Positions 28,401 through 40,330 of a stretch of DNA of 64,000 nt are shown piece by piece. Below the pieces are notes generated by a model. That model was given only the letters and a program-made list of their open reading frames with translations. It was not told the origin of the DNA and did not search any database. Where the stretch lies: the NCBI RefSeq assembly GCF_018350175.1, contig NC_058368.1, positions 193,318,001 to 193,382,000 of the forward strand. The letters run 5' to 3'. The DNA is from Felis catus (taxonomy: Eukaryota). Positions within the stretch are counted from its first letter, which is position 1; every line of letters begins with the position of its first letter. The translations under genes and the position numbers were made by a program.

Positions 28401-29370
28401 ACAAGTTTTGACTCAAAGACAATATAAAAGAGGTCATATTCTTTTGACTAAGGCAATTGCCCCCTCCCAAACCCCACTGAAGGCAGAAGCAAAGGATAAG
28501 TATACGTTTTAACTGGAAAGACACGGAATAGACCATAAGAGAGAAAAAGAAGCTTAGAATGTCTAGAGACAGTTGAAACTTGGGAGTGGTCTCTCCAACT
28601 TCCTCATTGTCAAGGACAAGGAAAGGGAAGTGTGTAGGAAATACGAATGGGTATTTCAAGGTCACTCAGAGAGCCAGGGGCCCAACTGGACTTGGACCCC
28701 AGCTCTCCTGCCTCCTGGTTCAGAACCCTTCTTGCTACCTGCACTGCTTTCTGGGCTTCATCACTGCCATGGTGACGTCAGGATATCCTCACGACAGGGA
28801 CGACATTAAGATGGGAGAGGCAGAGGAGCTGGGAGGGTTGTGAACCTGAGGGCAAGTCCTGGGGACCTTCTGAAACCAGTCTCACATTGCAAACAGAATC
28901 TGTCTCGCCTGTGGGGCCTGGAAGAGCATTTTAAATAAGTCAGAAGGCAGGTGCTGCATCTTTGGCCATCATACAGAAGCTGCCTGATGTCCACTGTTGC
29001 TGCTTGGTGAAGGGGCTGCCCTCCACAGAGATGGGGAGAAAGCAGAAGGGGCTACTGGTGGACCCCTTAGCATGCTCCTCCTGTCATCACAGGGCTGCAG
29101 CTTACCCTCATTCCCAAGAATGGAGCTACGCATTCTCCTCCATGTAAAGGCACTTCATCCAAGCTGAGGAACAGCTGGTGATGTTCCTTTCTCGGCTCTT
29201 TCCCCAGGTTGTTAAAATTGCTAGAGCTGTGCACGTGTGGTTGGAAAACGAATGGGGACGGTTGTGCATTTTGCTCTACATTTCTCCCTCGTTCAGAAAC
29301 GCTCTCCTCCTCTCCTGGGAGCCCAAATTCACTTTCTGTTGAAGGTAGTCTCAAAAGTACAACCACTCTT

Positions 29371-29496
29371 GGGGCACCTGGGTGGCTTAGTTGGTTAAGT
29401 GTCCAATGCTTGGTTTGGGCTCAGGTCATGATCTCATGGTTTGTGAGATCGAGCCCCTCACTGGGCTCCGCGCTGATAATGTGGAGTCTGTTGGGG

Positions 29497-29553
<57 letters not shown>

Positions 29554-29613
29554 CTCCCTCACTTGTGTGCTCTTTCTCTCTCTCTCCCTGTCTCAAAAAA
29601 AAAAAAAAAAAAA
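29371..29613 (+). mobile_element. Can-SINE with long (TC)n
   Basis: ggggcacctgggtggcttagttggttaag head, (TC)n tract and A19 tail. Confidence 0.93.
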
Positions 29614-30556
29614 GAAGTAAAACCTGTCTTAATCCAGGCAACTCCATTTGATGGGGCAGAGGGTAGGTCATGAGTAGCATCAGCACTAAAATATTTTGCT
29701 GTTGCTGGTTTGCCACTGTGCCTGAAACTTGGACATTCCTTTCAGTTGGCACTGCCCTCTTTGCCCACTCCCCTCTGGAAACACAGCCTCTCTATTAGGA
29801 GGCATCAGATGGTACAGCCTATCCATCAGCAGCTCAAGAATCACAGCCTGGACTTGAGGTGTTTCTAGAGACTTCTAGAGGCTTCAAGAGATTTCTAGTT
29901 GCTCTGAGGGTGATCAAGCTGAGGGCAAGCTCCCAGAAGCTTCTAAACCAAGATTGTTCAATCCAGAGCCCACAGGTACCACTGTTTCATCCTGCTTGCA
30001 TAGCAGACGTATCACTGATGGAATATTTATGCTCTTCCCTGTGGAATCTAGATTCAGCCTAAGAATCCTTTGCATAGCCAGTTGATGAGAATAGCCATGG
30101 CCATTTTCTATTCCTCTTCTTTAACTGTTCTTCAGTGCAAACAAAATTGATTGTAATGCTGAGAGGCAAGAAAATGGGATTAGAAAGTACCGAGAAGCAT
30201 TGTCAGGATCCCCTCATGAAATGTGCGTGGAGAGCAAAGGTAACAAAGACATACAGAAAACTAGGGCAGGTGGGGAAAGTCTCCAAGAGACGGCTCAAAT
30301 GGTTCTGTTTCATCCCTACCTATTTCAAGTCCTCTTTCCAACTACAGCATAATCCCTAAGCAGAAAATACAGCTTTTACACTATCAGAAGTTCCATAGTA
30401 TTTTTTGTTTAAAAAAAAAAACAACACATTCTACATGAACTTCCACGTATGCCAAGAGCCACAAACACAATGCAGTCATTGTCCAAACCTCAGGCATGCT
30501 CCACCCTTTCATTTAAATGGCTGCATCCCACCTGAAATTGATGCCGAAATCCCCTA

Positions 30557-31051
<495 letters not shown>

Positions 31052-31575
31052 TTAAAATGTTGGTTCAACTGGAAAAAGAAGGCATAGATTAAATGCATCA
31101 CATCTATAGCTCTGATACAGCCCATAGAAATTTTGGTTTTCTCTGTTACAGTCACAGTTGGGAGCCTAGAGGAACTATTTACTCCACTATCCCCTGTGAC
31201 AGCAAAAGAAAAAAAAAATCCAAGAAGGGTAAGCTCTTAATTATTTCCACATGTGCCTCAAAGTGGCAGGTTTACATTCTGTATCCTTTCCCCTTGTGCT
31301 TATTCATGATAGCTCTCTTTTTCCCTTTAAAAGGGGGCTTAGATATTGATAAAATAGAGCAGGATAACGATCCAGGACAATATTTTCTGGCTTTGGAACT
31401 CATGCCTGTCTTGTTCATTAATTTGTCCTCAATGCCTAGCTTGTTCTGTGGTATATTTTAAGTTCACAATAGAGAGTTGTAGAATGAATGTGTATTTTTC
31501 CAGTTTTTAACTTTGATTCTCTCACTTAAATATATATATATATATATACATATATATATTACATTTGATTATTTT

Positions 31576-31800
31576 CATTTATTTATTTTTAATGTTTTTT
31601 TTCCCTTTTATTTTTGACAAAGAGAGAGCATGAGCAGGGGAGGGGCAGAGAGAGAGAGAGAGGGAGACGCAGAATCTGAAGCAGGCTCCAGGCTCTGAGC
31701 TGTCAGCACAGAGCCCAACACAGGGCTCAAACTTGTGCACCTCGAGATCATGACCTGAGCTGAAGTCGGAGCTTAACCGACTGAGCCACCCAGGTGCCCC
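31576..31800 (-). mobile_element. Felid Can-SINE
   Basis: Full SINE body. Perfect 16-bp TSD tacatttgattatttt (31560-31575 / 31801-31816). Confidence 0.95.
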
Positions 31801-31944
31801 TACATTTGATTATTTTTATAATCTCCAGTCTTTTGCAAGTTGGGTGGGGTATTCACATATTAATTAACTGGTATGTGCTTTGTTCATTGCTTTAAAGCAC
31901 AAGTGATTTTGTTTGCTTCAGCTCATATTGAAAGGAGTCTTCAT

Positions 31945-32225
31945 TTTTTAAAGTTTTTATTTAAATTCCAGTTAACATAGAGTGTAATATTAGTCTCAGG
32001 TGTACAATACAGTGATTCAACACTTCCATACAGTACCCAGTGCTCATCATGACAAGTGCGCTCCTTAATCCCCGTCACCTATTTCCCCCACCCCTACCCA
32101 CCTCCCGTCTAGTAACCATCAGTTCTCTACAGTTAAGAATCTTCTTCTTGGTTTCTCTTTCTCTTTTTTCCCCCTTTGCTCATTGTCTTGTTTCTTAAGT
32201 TCCACATATGAGTGAAATCGTATGG
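31945..32225 (-). mobile_element. Carnivore L1 3' end fragment
   Basis: tttttatttaaattccagttaacatagagtgtaatattagt...cccagtgctcatcatgacaagtgcgctccttaatcccc...ccacatatgagtgaaatc. Flanking repeat agtcttcat (31936-31944 / 32232-32240). Confidence 0.85.
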
Positions 32226-32593
32226 GAAGTAAGTCTTCATGTTTGAGCTGCTAAATCAGTTTCAGTAAGAGCAGGATGAGAAGCATCTCAGCTAAATGAC
32301 TTGCCATTCGCAAGAAGAAATTGACCGAGTGGCAAGAGAAAGTTGTCAAAGATTCACTGTTTGCTCCAGATAAACAAATTTGGCCTCAGAATCCTCAACA
32401 CAGTGTTCCACACGGACACTGCCAAGATATTGAGTCTGACAGGGGAAAGAAAAATTACCTGCTGTCTTTATTCAAAACCACTATCAAATAGCAAATAAAA
32501 TAGATTTTGGCTGTAGGATTTAGAGCTTCATGCCTGGGACATGAGAAGGAGACAGTCTGCATAACTGGGAGCTGATGTTCTGAGGCAGAGATG

Positions 32594-33165
32594 TGCTGGA
32601 TATTGTTTATTAGATTTCCTTATTTTTTAGCTGGGTACGTGGCTGACCAGATAAAGGGCTAGCTTCCTGCACAATTCAAGAAGCTTCCATTCACAAAGAA
32701 ATGAGTGAAATCCACATCCCCCCTGGAGCTGTGCCACATAGTGGCCCTGCCCAGAATAGAGACACCATTTTTCAGCTTCTCTGTAGCAGGTTGGGGCTAG
32801 GTTTCTAAGATGTGGTTAGTAGCATGTGAGTGGGTGATTTGTGTGACTTCTGAAAGGGTTTTTTTAAAGCAATTGTGCTTTTTATTTTCCTTTTTGTATC
32901 CTGCTGGTTAGAGTATTGAGTTAATGGTTGGAGCTTCAGCAGCCATTTTGGGCTATAAGGTAGCAGCCATATGCTGAAGGTAGCAGAACAAGAAGACAGA
33001 AGAAGCTTGAGTGTTTGACAATAGCGAGGCTGTTATATAAGCCCTGGATTGCTGACTTCTGAATTTTGTTTATATGAGAGAAAAACAAAACATTTATCTT
33101 GTTTAAACCATTGGTCATTCTGTATTGTCAAACCTTTGCAGCACATCCTCATTCTTAATGTATAT
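32594..33165 (+). mobile_element. Old MaLR LTR remnant (MLT1I/J-like)
   Basis: ggttggagcttcagcagccattttgg...ggtagcagaacaagaagacagaagaagcttgag...tatgagagaaaaacaaaacatttatcttgtttaaaccattg. Boundaries approximate. Confidence 0.55.
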
Positions 33166-33215
33166 ATTTTCCTTAGCTTATTCTTCTTAGAAAGTCTTTC
33201 CTTTCCTAAAGGTTA

Positions 33216-33488
<273 letters not shown>

Positions 33489-34522
33489 CTAGATAAGTCA
33501 ATTTAATCATGTTATAGGATCACATGCTGCTCCATAAGATGAAGCCAGTTGAATGGAGAGACCTTGGTGCCTCCTCCCCTTCCAAAGGTTATCACTAAGT
33601 TTGTGCCTGATTAGCACAGCTAAAGGCACTTGCTCAGAAGCCAGCCATGCCTGGGCTAAAGTGCTGGCTCTGCTATTCAGAGCCATTAGTTCAACTGACT
33701 CGGACTAAGTTGCTTGACGTTTTCTTGTCTGAATAACGAAGGTTAGGAAGTTAGGGAGAAAAAGCCATGTGGTGATGCACGTCAAGTGTGTGGGGCAGAC
33801 CGAGTGATCAATAAGTCATGGTGGGATTGTTATGATGCTACAAATATGGAACAAGATAGAAACATAAGGAGGCAACTGTCTCCTCTACCACCTGCATTCC
33901 TCAACCCTTTTGAGAGAAGAAGAATCTGACGTCCATCAGGAGCAAACTCCTGTGGGCTCCCCAAGGTCACTAGCATGTCTGCACAAGGGACTGGATTCTG
34001 ATCTGGATTCTGACCATCCCTCACTCTGTGCCCTTTACTATACCATAGACTAACATCCACAAAGGATCCTTTACCAGGAATAAATCTTTCCTCCCGATTT
34101 GGTGAAGTTCATTCAAGTTCAGGAGGCCTTCACCTTAAAAAGGAAGTCTTGTATTTGTATAATACATTCCATAGAGCACAGTGCTTTCATATCTATGGCC
34201 TTGCTTCACTTTATGACTTAATAAGGTAGAAATTAGGTGTCTATTTGCCACTTTAAGAAACTGAGACAAAGGAAGAGAATTGATCACAAAGTCATCAGGT
34301 GCATCAGTGGCAGAGCGTGGACAAGGACTAAGGTCTCTTGAGGGGCTTAACTCACTCATCTTCCAACAAACATTTTTGAGAACCTCTAGGGCACTATTCC
34401 AACAGTGAATAAAATACGTTCTCTTATGAAGCTTATATTCTAGTGAGAAAGACCATAAACAAACAAGTAAACGTGTAGCATGATATACACAATAAACTCA
34501 TATGATACCGTCCACATCTCTC

Positions 34523-34738
34523 TTTTTTAAATTCTTTTTTTCGATGTTTATTTTCGAGAGAGAGAGAGACAGAGTGAGAGTGGGGGAGGGGCAGAGAGAG
34601 AAGGAGACAGAACCTGAAGCAGGCTCCAGGCTCTGAGCTGTCTGCACAGATCCCGACGGGGGGCTCGAACTCACAAACCGTGAGATCATGGCCTGAGCTG
34701 AAGTCAGAGCTTAACCGACTGAGCCACCCAGGCACCCC
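34523..34738 (-). mobile_element. Felid Can-SINE
   Basis: Full body. Imperfect TSD gataccgtccacatctctc / gatactgtccatgtctctc (34504-34522 / 34739-34757). Confidence 0.94.
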
Positions 34739-34789
34739 GATACTGTCCATGTCTCTCAATTTCTCATTGACTTGATTTAGTTTCTTATT

Positions 34790-35234
34790 TATTTACTTAT
34801 TGATTTAAAGTTTATTTATTTTTGAGAGAGCATGAGCAGAGGAGGGGCAGCAAGAGAGGGAGAGAGAGAATCCCAAGCAGGATCCTCATGCTTTCAGCTC
34901 AGAGCCTGACGTGGGGCTCGATCTCATGAATCATGAGATCATGACCTGAGCCAAAATCAACAGTCAGACTCTTGGGGCACCTGGGTGGCTCAGTCGGTTA
35001 AGTGTCTGACTTCAGCTCAGGTCATGGTCTCATGGTTCGTGGGTTCGAGCCCCGCATCAGGCCTGTGCTGACAGCTCAGAACCTGAAACCTGCTTCAGAT
35101 TCTGTGTACCCCCCTCTCTCTACCCCACCCCTGCTTGTGCTCTGTCTCTGTCTTTCAAAAATGAATAAACATTTAAAAAAATTTAAAATAAATTTTAAAA
35201 AGACTTTTAAATGACTGAGCCACCCAGATGCCCC
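34790..35234 (-). mobile_element. Older Can-SINE interrupted by a younger, opposite-strand SINE
   Basis: Body runs 34790-34973 (…gacctgagccaaaatcaacagtcagactctt). The missing head (aaatgactgagccacccagatgcccc) resumes at 35209-35234. Confidence 0.88.
34974..35200 (+). mobile_element. Nested felid Can-SINE
   Basis: ggggcacctgggtggctcagtcggttaag head and A-rich tail. TSD agactctt / agactttt (34966-34973 / 35201-35208). Confidence 0.93.
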
Positions 35235-35495
35235 AGTCTAGTTCCTTATTTAAAACCTCTGGACATAAACAACTTCATTACTCAAAGATACTCCCCCTCC
35301 TTTCAAGTGCCTCTCAAGTTCTAATGTTTATTATCTGTATTTTATAAATAACCCAAGATCAGTTCCACTCGGAGCCTTTGTCCTAGGTATTCTCTGCCTC
35401 AACGTGTGCTTTCTCTGGCTGGCTCCTTTCCGTCTTTAGGATCTTAGTCACCATGCAGTGTCTTCAGAGAGGTCTTTCCTGGTCCCTTATCTAAA

Positions 35496-35709
35496 AAAAT
35501 TTTTTTAACGTTTATTTATTATTGAGAGACAGAGAGACACAGCATGAGCAGGGGAGGGGAAGAGAGAGGGGGAGACACAGAATCCGAAGCAGGGTCCAGG
35601 CTCTGAGCTGTTAGCACAGAGCCTGATGCGGGGCTCAATCTCACAAACTTCGAGATCACGATCTGAGCCAAAGTTGGTTGCCTAACCAACTGAGCCACCC
35701 AGGCACCCC
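35496..35709 (-). mobile_element. Felid Can-SINE
   Basis: Full body. TSD tcctgg(t/c)cccttatctaaa (35477-35495 / 35710-35728). Confidence 0.94.
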
Positions 35710-35744
35710 TCCTGGCCCCTTATCTAAAGATCCAATTCCTACTC

Positions 35745-36150
35745 TGTGGTAGACACTGTCAGAAGTACCCTGCTCAATTCCACTCCCCCTTAATATACTG
35801 ATATTTGACTTTCTATACTAACTGCAAATATCTATTACTTCACCCTTGTGCAGGTTAAGCCAGATGTGTTGGGGAATAAACACACCCAGAGCAGCACTCA
35901 ACCAATGAAAGATGGAGAGTTAGTTGATAAGTACTCCAGGATCCTGTCCCCTTGGTGGGGGTGGGGGGAGGGGGTATGTAATCCTGAGGTACATTCTACA
36001 CCAATGTCTAGAGGTCCCTTAAGGGATTGTGTACTTTTATTGGCTGCTATCCTGTGTCTACCTGACTTTTCAGATTCCCTAATTGGCACCCAAATAAACC
36101 ACTTATAATTGAATCTTTGTCTTAAGTCCTGCTTCTAGAAGAAACCAATA
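35745..36150 (+). mobile_element. ERVL solo LTR (LTR16-like)
   Basis: tgtggtagacactgtc start and cccaaataaaccactt...gaatctttgtcttaagtcctgcttctagaagaaacc end. Confidence 0.6.
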
Positions 36151-36229
36151 AATCACTCTACCACCCAGTCCAGTCATTTCCTTCTCAGTGCCCTGTTGAG
36201 TTAACCTCAGGAGTGTTTATAACCATCTG

Positions 36230-36402
36230 AGACCATCTCTTTTGTTCCTGTGGTCCCTTGTCTTCCTCCCATTGGAATATCACCTCCATGAGCACAGGGA
36301 ACTTTTCTGTTTTTTTCATTGATGTGTCCTAGAGCCTAGCATCTAGAGCAATGCCTGGTACAGAGTAGGTGCTTAGTACATATTTGCTGTGTGAATGAAT
36401 AA
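36230..36402 (+). mobile_element. L2 3' end remnant (one of many L2/MIR fragments in the window)
   Basis: ctccatgagcacagggaac...aatgcctggtacagagtaggtgcttagtacatatttgctgtgtgaatgaat. Confidence 0.7.
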
Positions 36403-37242
36403 AACCCAGAGACGTGCTCAAGCAAGAATGCTAATTAGGCAGGAGAAATATGATAAGCCTGCCGAAAATGCCAGTGGATGGTTTTAATTGGTTGAAAAGA
36501 GCAGCTCAGGTTGACTTTTCCCGTAGCCACAATTGATAGACTTCCACAGAGGCCTACTGATTTGCACAATGTTTCTAGCAAGTTGTTAGTACAGAAGGAA
36601 TCAGAATATGTTTTTGAAGACATTATACCACCTAAGAGAAATCCCACACTGGTTAAAAGCTAATGCACAGTTGAGAAATTTCTCTTAATTTTTAGAGAAC
36701 TTTAAAAAGAACATCTTGTTCATAAACTAACCATCAAGAGACTGAAATGGAAATTATCTCCCGCAGTCCTATTCTGTCACTTGAAAATCTGTAACCAGCC
36801 CCCAGGCATTTTATACTCACTGCCCTCATCTTGAACATAATGGGGGCCACAGGAAATGGCAGAGTTTATTCAAACATAAATGTCACTCAATTTCATCACC
36901 ACAATTTCTGACTGCAAGGTTACTTACTAGAGCCAAACCTCGGTTACGTCTAATCAAACTGATGGGATCCTCTAACGGAACTCTTTGTGCTCCCCTGGGA
37001 AGGAACGCACAAAGGATCATAAAACAAATTCCTATCTGTGATTTTAGGTAAAAACAACTAAGGGAATAACTTGTGGTCAATGCACATTCATCTAATAGCT
37101 GGCATTTTCCCTCTGTAAGATCTCATGCTGGAATGGTAATATGGAATCCCTACATTGTCCTTCATCACGGAGAAATAAGTCTCTTATAGGGACTAGGTTT
37201 GATTTCTCTATAATGCAAGTAAATAGACTCTGCCAGTAGAGA

Positions 37243-37451
37243 TTTTTTTTTTTTTTAAGTTTACTTATTTGGAGAGAGAGAGAGAGAGAGTGAGATGGGG
37301 GAAAGGAAGAGTGAGAAAGACTGAGAGAGAATCCCAAGCAGGCTCCTTGTTATCAGTGCAGAGCCTGATGTGGAGCTCAAACTCACAAACCATAAGATCA
37401 TGACCTGGGCCAAAGTTGGACACTTAATGGACTGAGCCACCCAGGTGCCCC
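37243..37451 (-). mobile_element. Can-SINE
   Basis: T run, GA-rich body and gagccacccaggtgcccc end. Confidence 0.92.
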
Positions 37452-38205
37452 TACATAAGTGTTCTTGACTGAGAAGGGGAAATAAACATGTTAACTGTCT
37501 GCCCACCAGTTAACTGCAAAGTTCAACTCACTCTTTCTATTCCCTGGAGCATGCTCATTAAACAAGGTTTAATTAATCATTTTCTAATTTTCCTTGTCAT
37601 TTTATTAAAATAAAAAAGACCATGGAGGAGTAACATCTGATATTTAGAATGTTTTTCTTTATCTGCTTTATCTGTGCTACTAATTATACAACATGTGTAA
37701 GGATGCAACATTGCTAATGATATTTTATTAAAGATTTAAACTATGAAGTTTAATTATTACTATTCTGAGCCATTTTTTCCTATTTTAGAACATTCCCCCA
37801 AGTACTGAGTCTATTGATGTGTACATTGTGACTCAGGGATAAAAATGAAGTAAATGTACAAGATGCTTCTAGTTATATGGTATGGGAACCCAGGTATCCT
37901 GAACCCAGACTCCTTCCGCTGAGCTGTATCAGCTGCTGCTCTTTATAGAGTGACTCTGTTTCTCATCTAAAATACGGCTTTGTGACCAGTGAGCTCTTGG
38001 AGCCGTTATGTTACTTTGCTCCTGTGTGCCGTGTCTGCACTTCTCTGGCACTTCACACTGTCCCACATGTGACTGACGAAAGAGTAACATGAGACGGATG
38101 CTCTGCCTACTATCTTGGTTCAAGTGCAGATCACCTGGCTGATGTACTACAGGCTGTTGGGAGAGAGGTCTTTAACTTGAGGGATGCATCAGAATATCTT
38201 AGAGA

Positions 38206-38425
38206 GGGGCACCTGGGTGGCGGAGTCGGTTAAGCGTCCAACTTCAGCCAGGTCACGATCTCGCGGTCCGTGAGTTCGAGCCCTGCGTCGGGCTCTGGGC
38301 TGACAGCTTGGAGCCTGGAGCCTGCTTCCGATTCTGTGTCTCCCTCTCTATCTGCCCCTCCCCTGTTCATGCTCTGTCTCTGTCTCAAAAATAAATAAAC
38401 GTTAAAAAAACTTAAAAAAAAAAAA
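38206..38425 (+). mobile_element. Young felid Can-SINE
   Basis: CpG-rich body. Perfect 15-bp TSD agaatatcttagaga (38191-38205 / 38426-38440). Confidence 0.95.
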
Positions 38426-38814
38426 AGAATATCTTAGAGAGCTCTTGCAAAATAGTCATTCCTAAGAGTTGTCATTCAGTGGCCCTGGTAAGCAATGGAC
38501 ACCTGCATTTTTATAAAGCTCTAATGCTGGCAGATTAAAAATCAAGAAGACTGCCAAATGATAGCACAACCAACAAACACTGAGGCCTGGATGTAGGGAT
38601 TAGTAGGAGATGGTTCATCATCATCTTTCTAATGGAGACTCAGGGCTGGAATTAAAACTGACCAAGCAAGAGAAAGAGACCTAGACCTAGTATGTAGAAA
38701 TGTAGAGGAAACCGTCAGAATCACTGAACACAGAAAAGGTTTAAGATAGTTATTTTTAAGAAGTTTGAGATTGGAGAAAGCAAGCATTTGCTTTTTATTT
38801 TATACCCTGCTGTA

Positions 38815-38854
<40 letters not shown>

Positions 38855-38985
38855 ATATATATGTATATATATGTGTATATACATATATATAAAATAAACC
38901 TGTCTATATATATATATATATACACACATATATATAAAATAAACCTGTCTATATATATATGTATATATATATTTATATATATATT
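38815..38985 (+). repeat. (GT)15 plus (TA)n compound microsatellite with an internal 45-bp-period duplication
   Basis: GT repeats 38821-38850; acatatatataaaataaacctgtctatatatatat occurs at both 38881 and 38926. Confidence 0.9.
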
Positions 38986-39980
38986 TTTACTATGTGAATA
39001 TGGTTCCTATTTATCCTATTAAAAATATAGCTCTTCAGATAGTTCTGATGTGCCTTGATGCTTAGAAGTCCTCTGTTAGTCCCTGGAAAGTGGGGGAGGG
39101 GGTGGCAGTGGCAGAACAGGGAAGATAAATTGTTGCGTTTATTGAATCTTTGTTATGATGTGTGAAGGGAGCCCTGCTTAATTTGTTATCTCCTGGTCTG
39201 GAAAAAAGAATGCTGGCCCTATTAAATGCTCTACTGAAACACAGCTTCGGAAGCATTGCTCATAAGAATAATAAAAATAGCAATAATGGCCAAAGTTCCA
39301 TTTCATTTGAATTATATAACTTCATCTCAACAACGTTCTGAGAATGATAAGATTACTGTCATTTAAAGATGAAAAATGAAATAATTAGTCAACAGGCACC
39401 CCTAGATTTATTTTAAACATTTCCCAAGTTCTTATCCTGAGCCAGGCATTCTGTTAAATGCTTTATATAGATAATTTTATTTTATCCCTCAAACCCTGAG
39501 AGGTGAACATGCACAGGAGGCACCAGATGCTTATTTGCATAAATGAGTTGAGTGAGTATCCATCCAATTTATGTTGAAGAGCTGTGGTTCAGAGACTTCT
39601 AGAAACTCCCCTGAGATCACACAGCAAGCAACAATTCAATCCATGGTCCACCCATAAAATCTGTCTTCTTTATCAGTATGTTGCATTTTCTTGCTGGTGA
39701 AGGAACGCATGAGCTTGGCTTTAGGATGGTGTTTAGAGAATGTCCCAAAGAGGGGCAAAGGACCTCAGACAGTGTGGATGACACAGTGAATAGCCCTGAA
39801 TAAGTGACTGACCCTGCCAAAGACAGGCCTTCCAAGACAGCTTTCTATCTTAAAGGACTATCTGTGGGAGAACACTCTAGTTTTCTCTCCTTGACACCAA
39901 CCTCTAAAGGTTGGTTAGATGTTTCCCAAGTCTCTGATTTACCTGAAGTCTATTAGTGCCCACCTACCCTACATCCAGAC

Positions 39981-40330
39981 CAGGGGTCGGCAAATATTTT
40001 CTGTAAAGGGCCAGATTGTGAATATTTTTGTCTTTGCAGGCCATATGGTTTCTGCTGTAATTATTCAACTGTGCCATTATAGCGTGAAAGCAGCCATAGA
40101 CAATAGTAAATGAATGAGCATGGCTGTGTCCCAACAAAATGTATTTATGGACACTGTAATTTGAATTTCATATAATTTTCACAAGTCATGAAATATCATT
40201 CTTTTCATTTTTTTCCAATAATTTAAAAATGTAAAAACCATTCTTAGCTCATGAGCCAAAAAAAAAAAAAAAAAAAAAAAGTGAGGGGACAGCTGGATCT
40301 GACCCATAGACCACAGTTTCCTGATGCCCG
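39981..40330 (+). mobile_element. MER58B-like hAT DNA transposon (second copy, internal A23 expansion)
   Basis: caggggtcggcaaata...gtaaagggccagattgtgaatattttt...gcagccatagacaata; colinear with the 15848 copy. Confidence 0.85.

Noticed and set aside
38206..38290. tRNA-like A/B box sequences (TGGC..AGTCGG, GAGTTCGAGCCC)
   Set aside because: These are the tRNA-derived heads of Can-SINEs, not tRNA genes.
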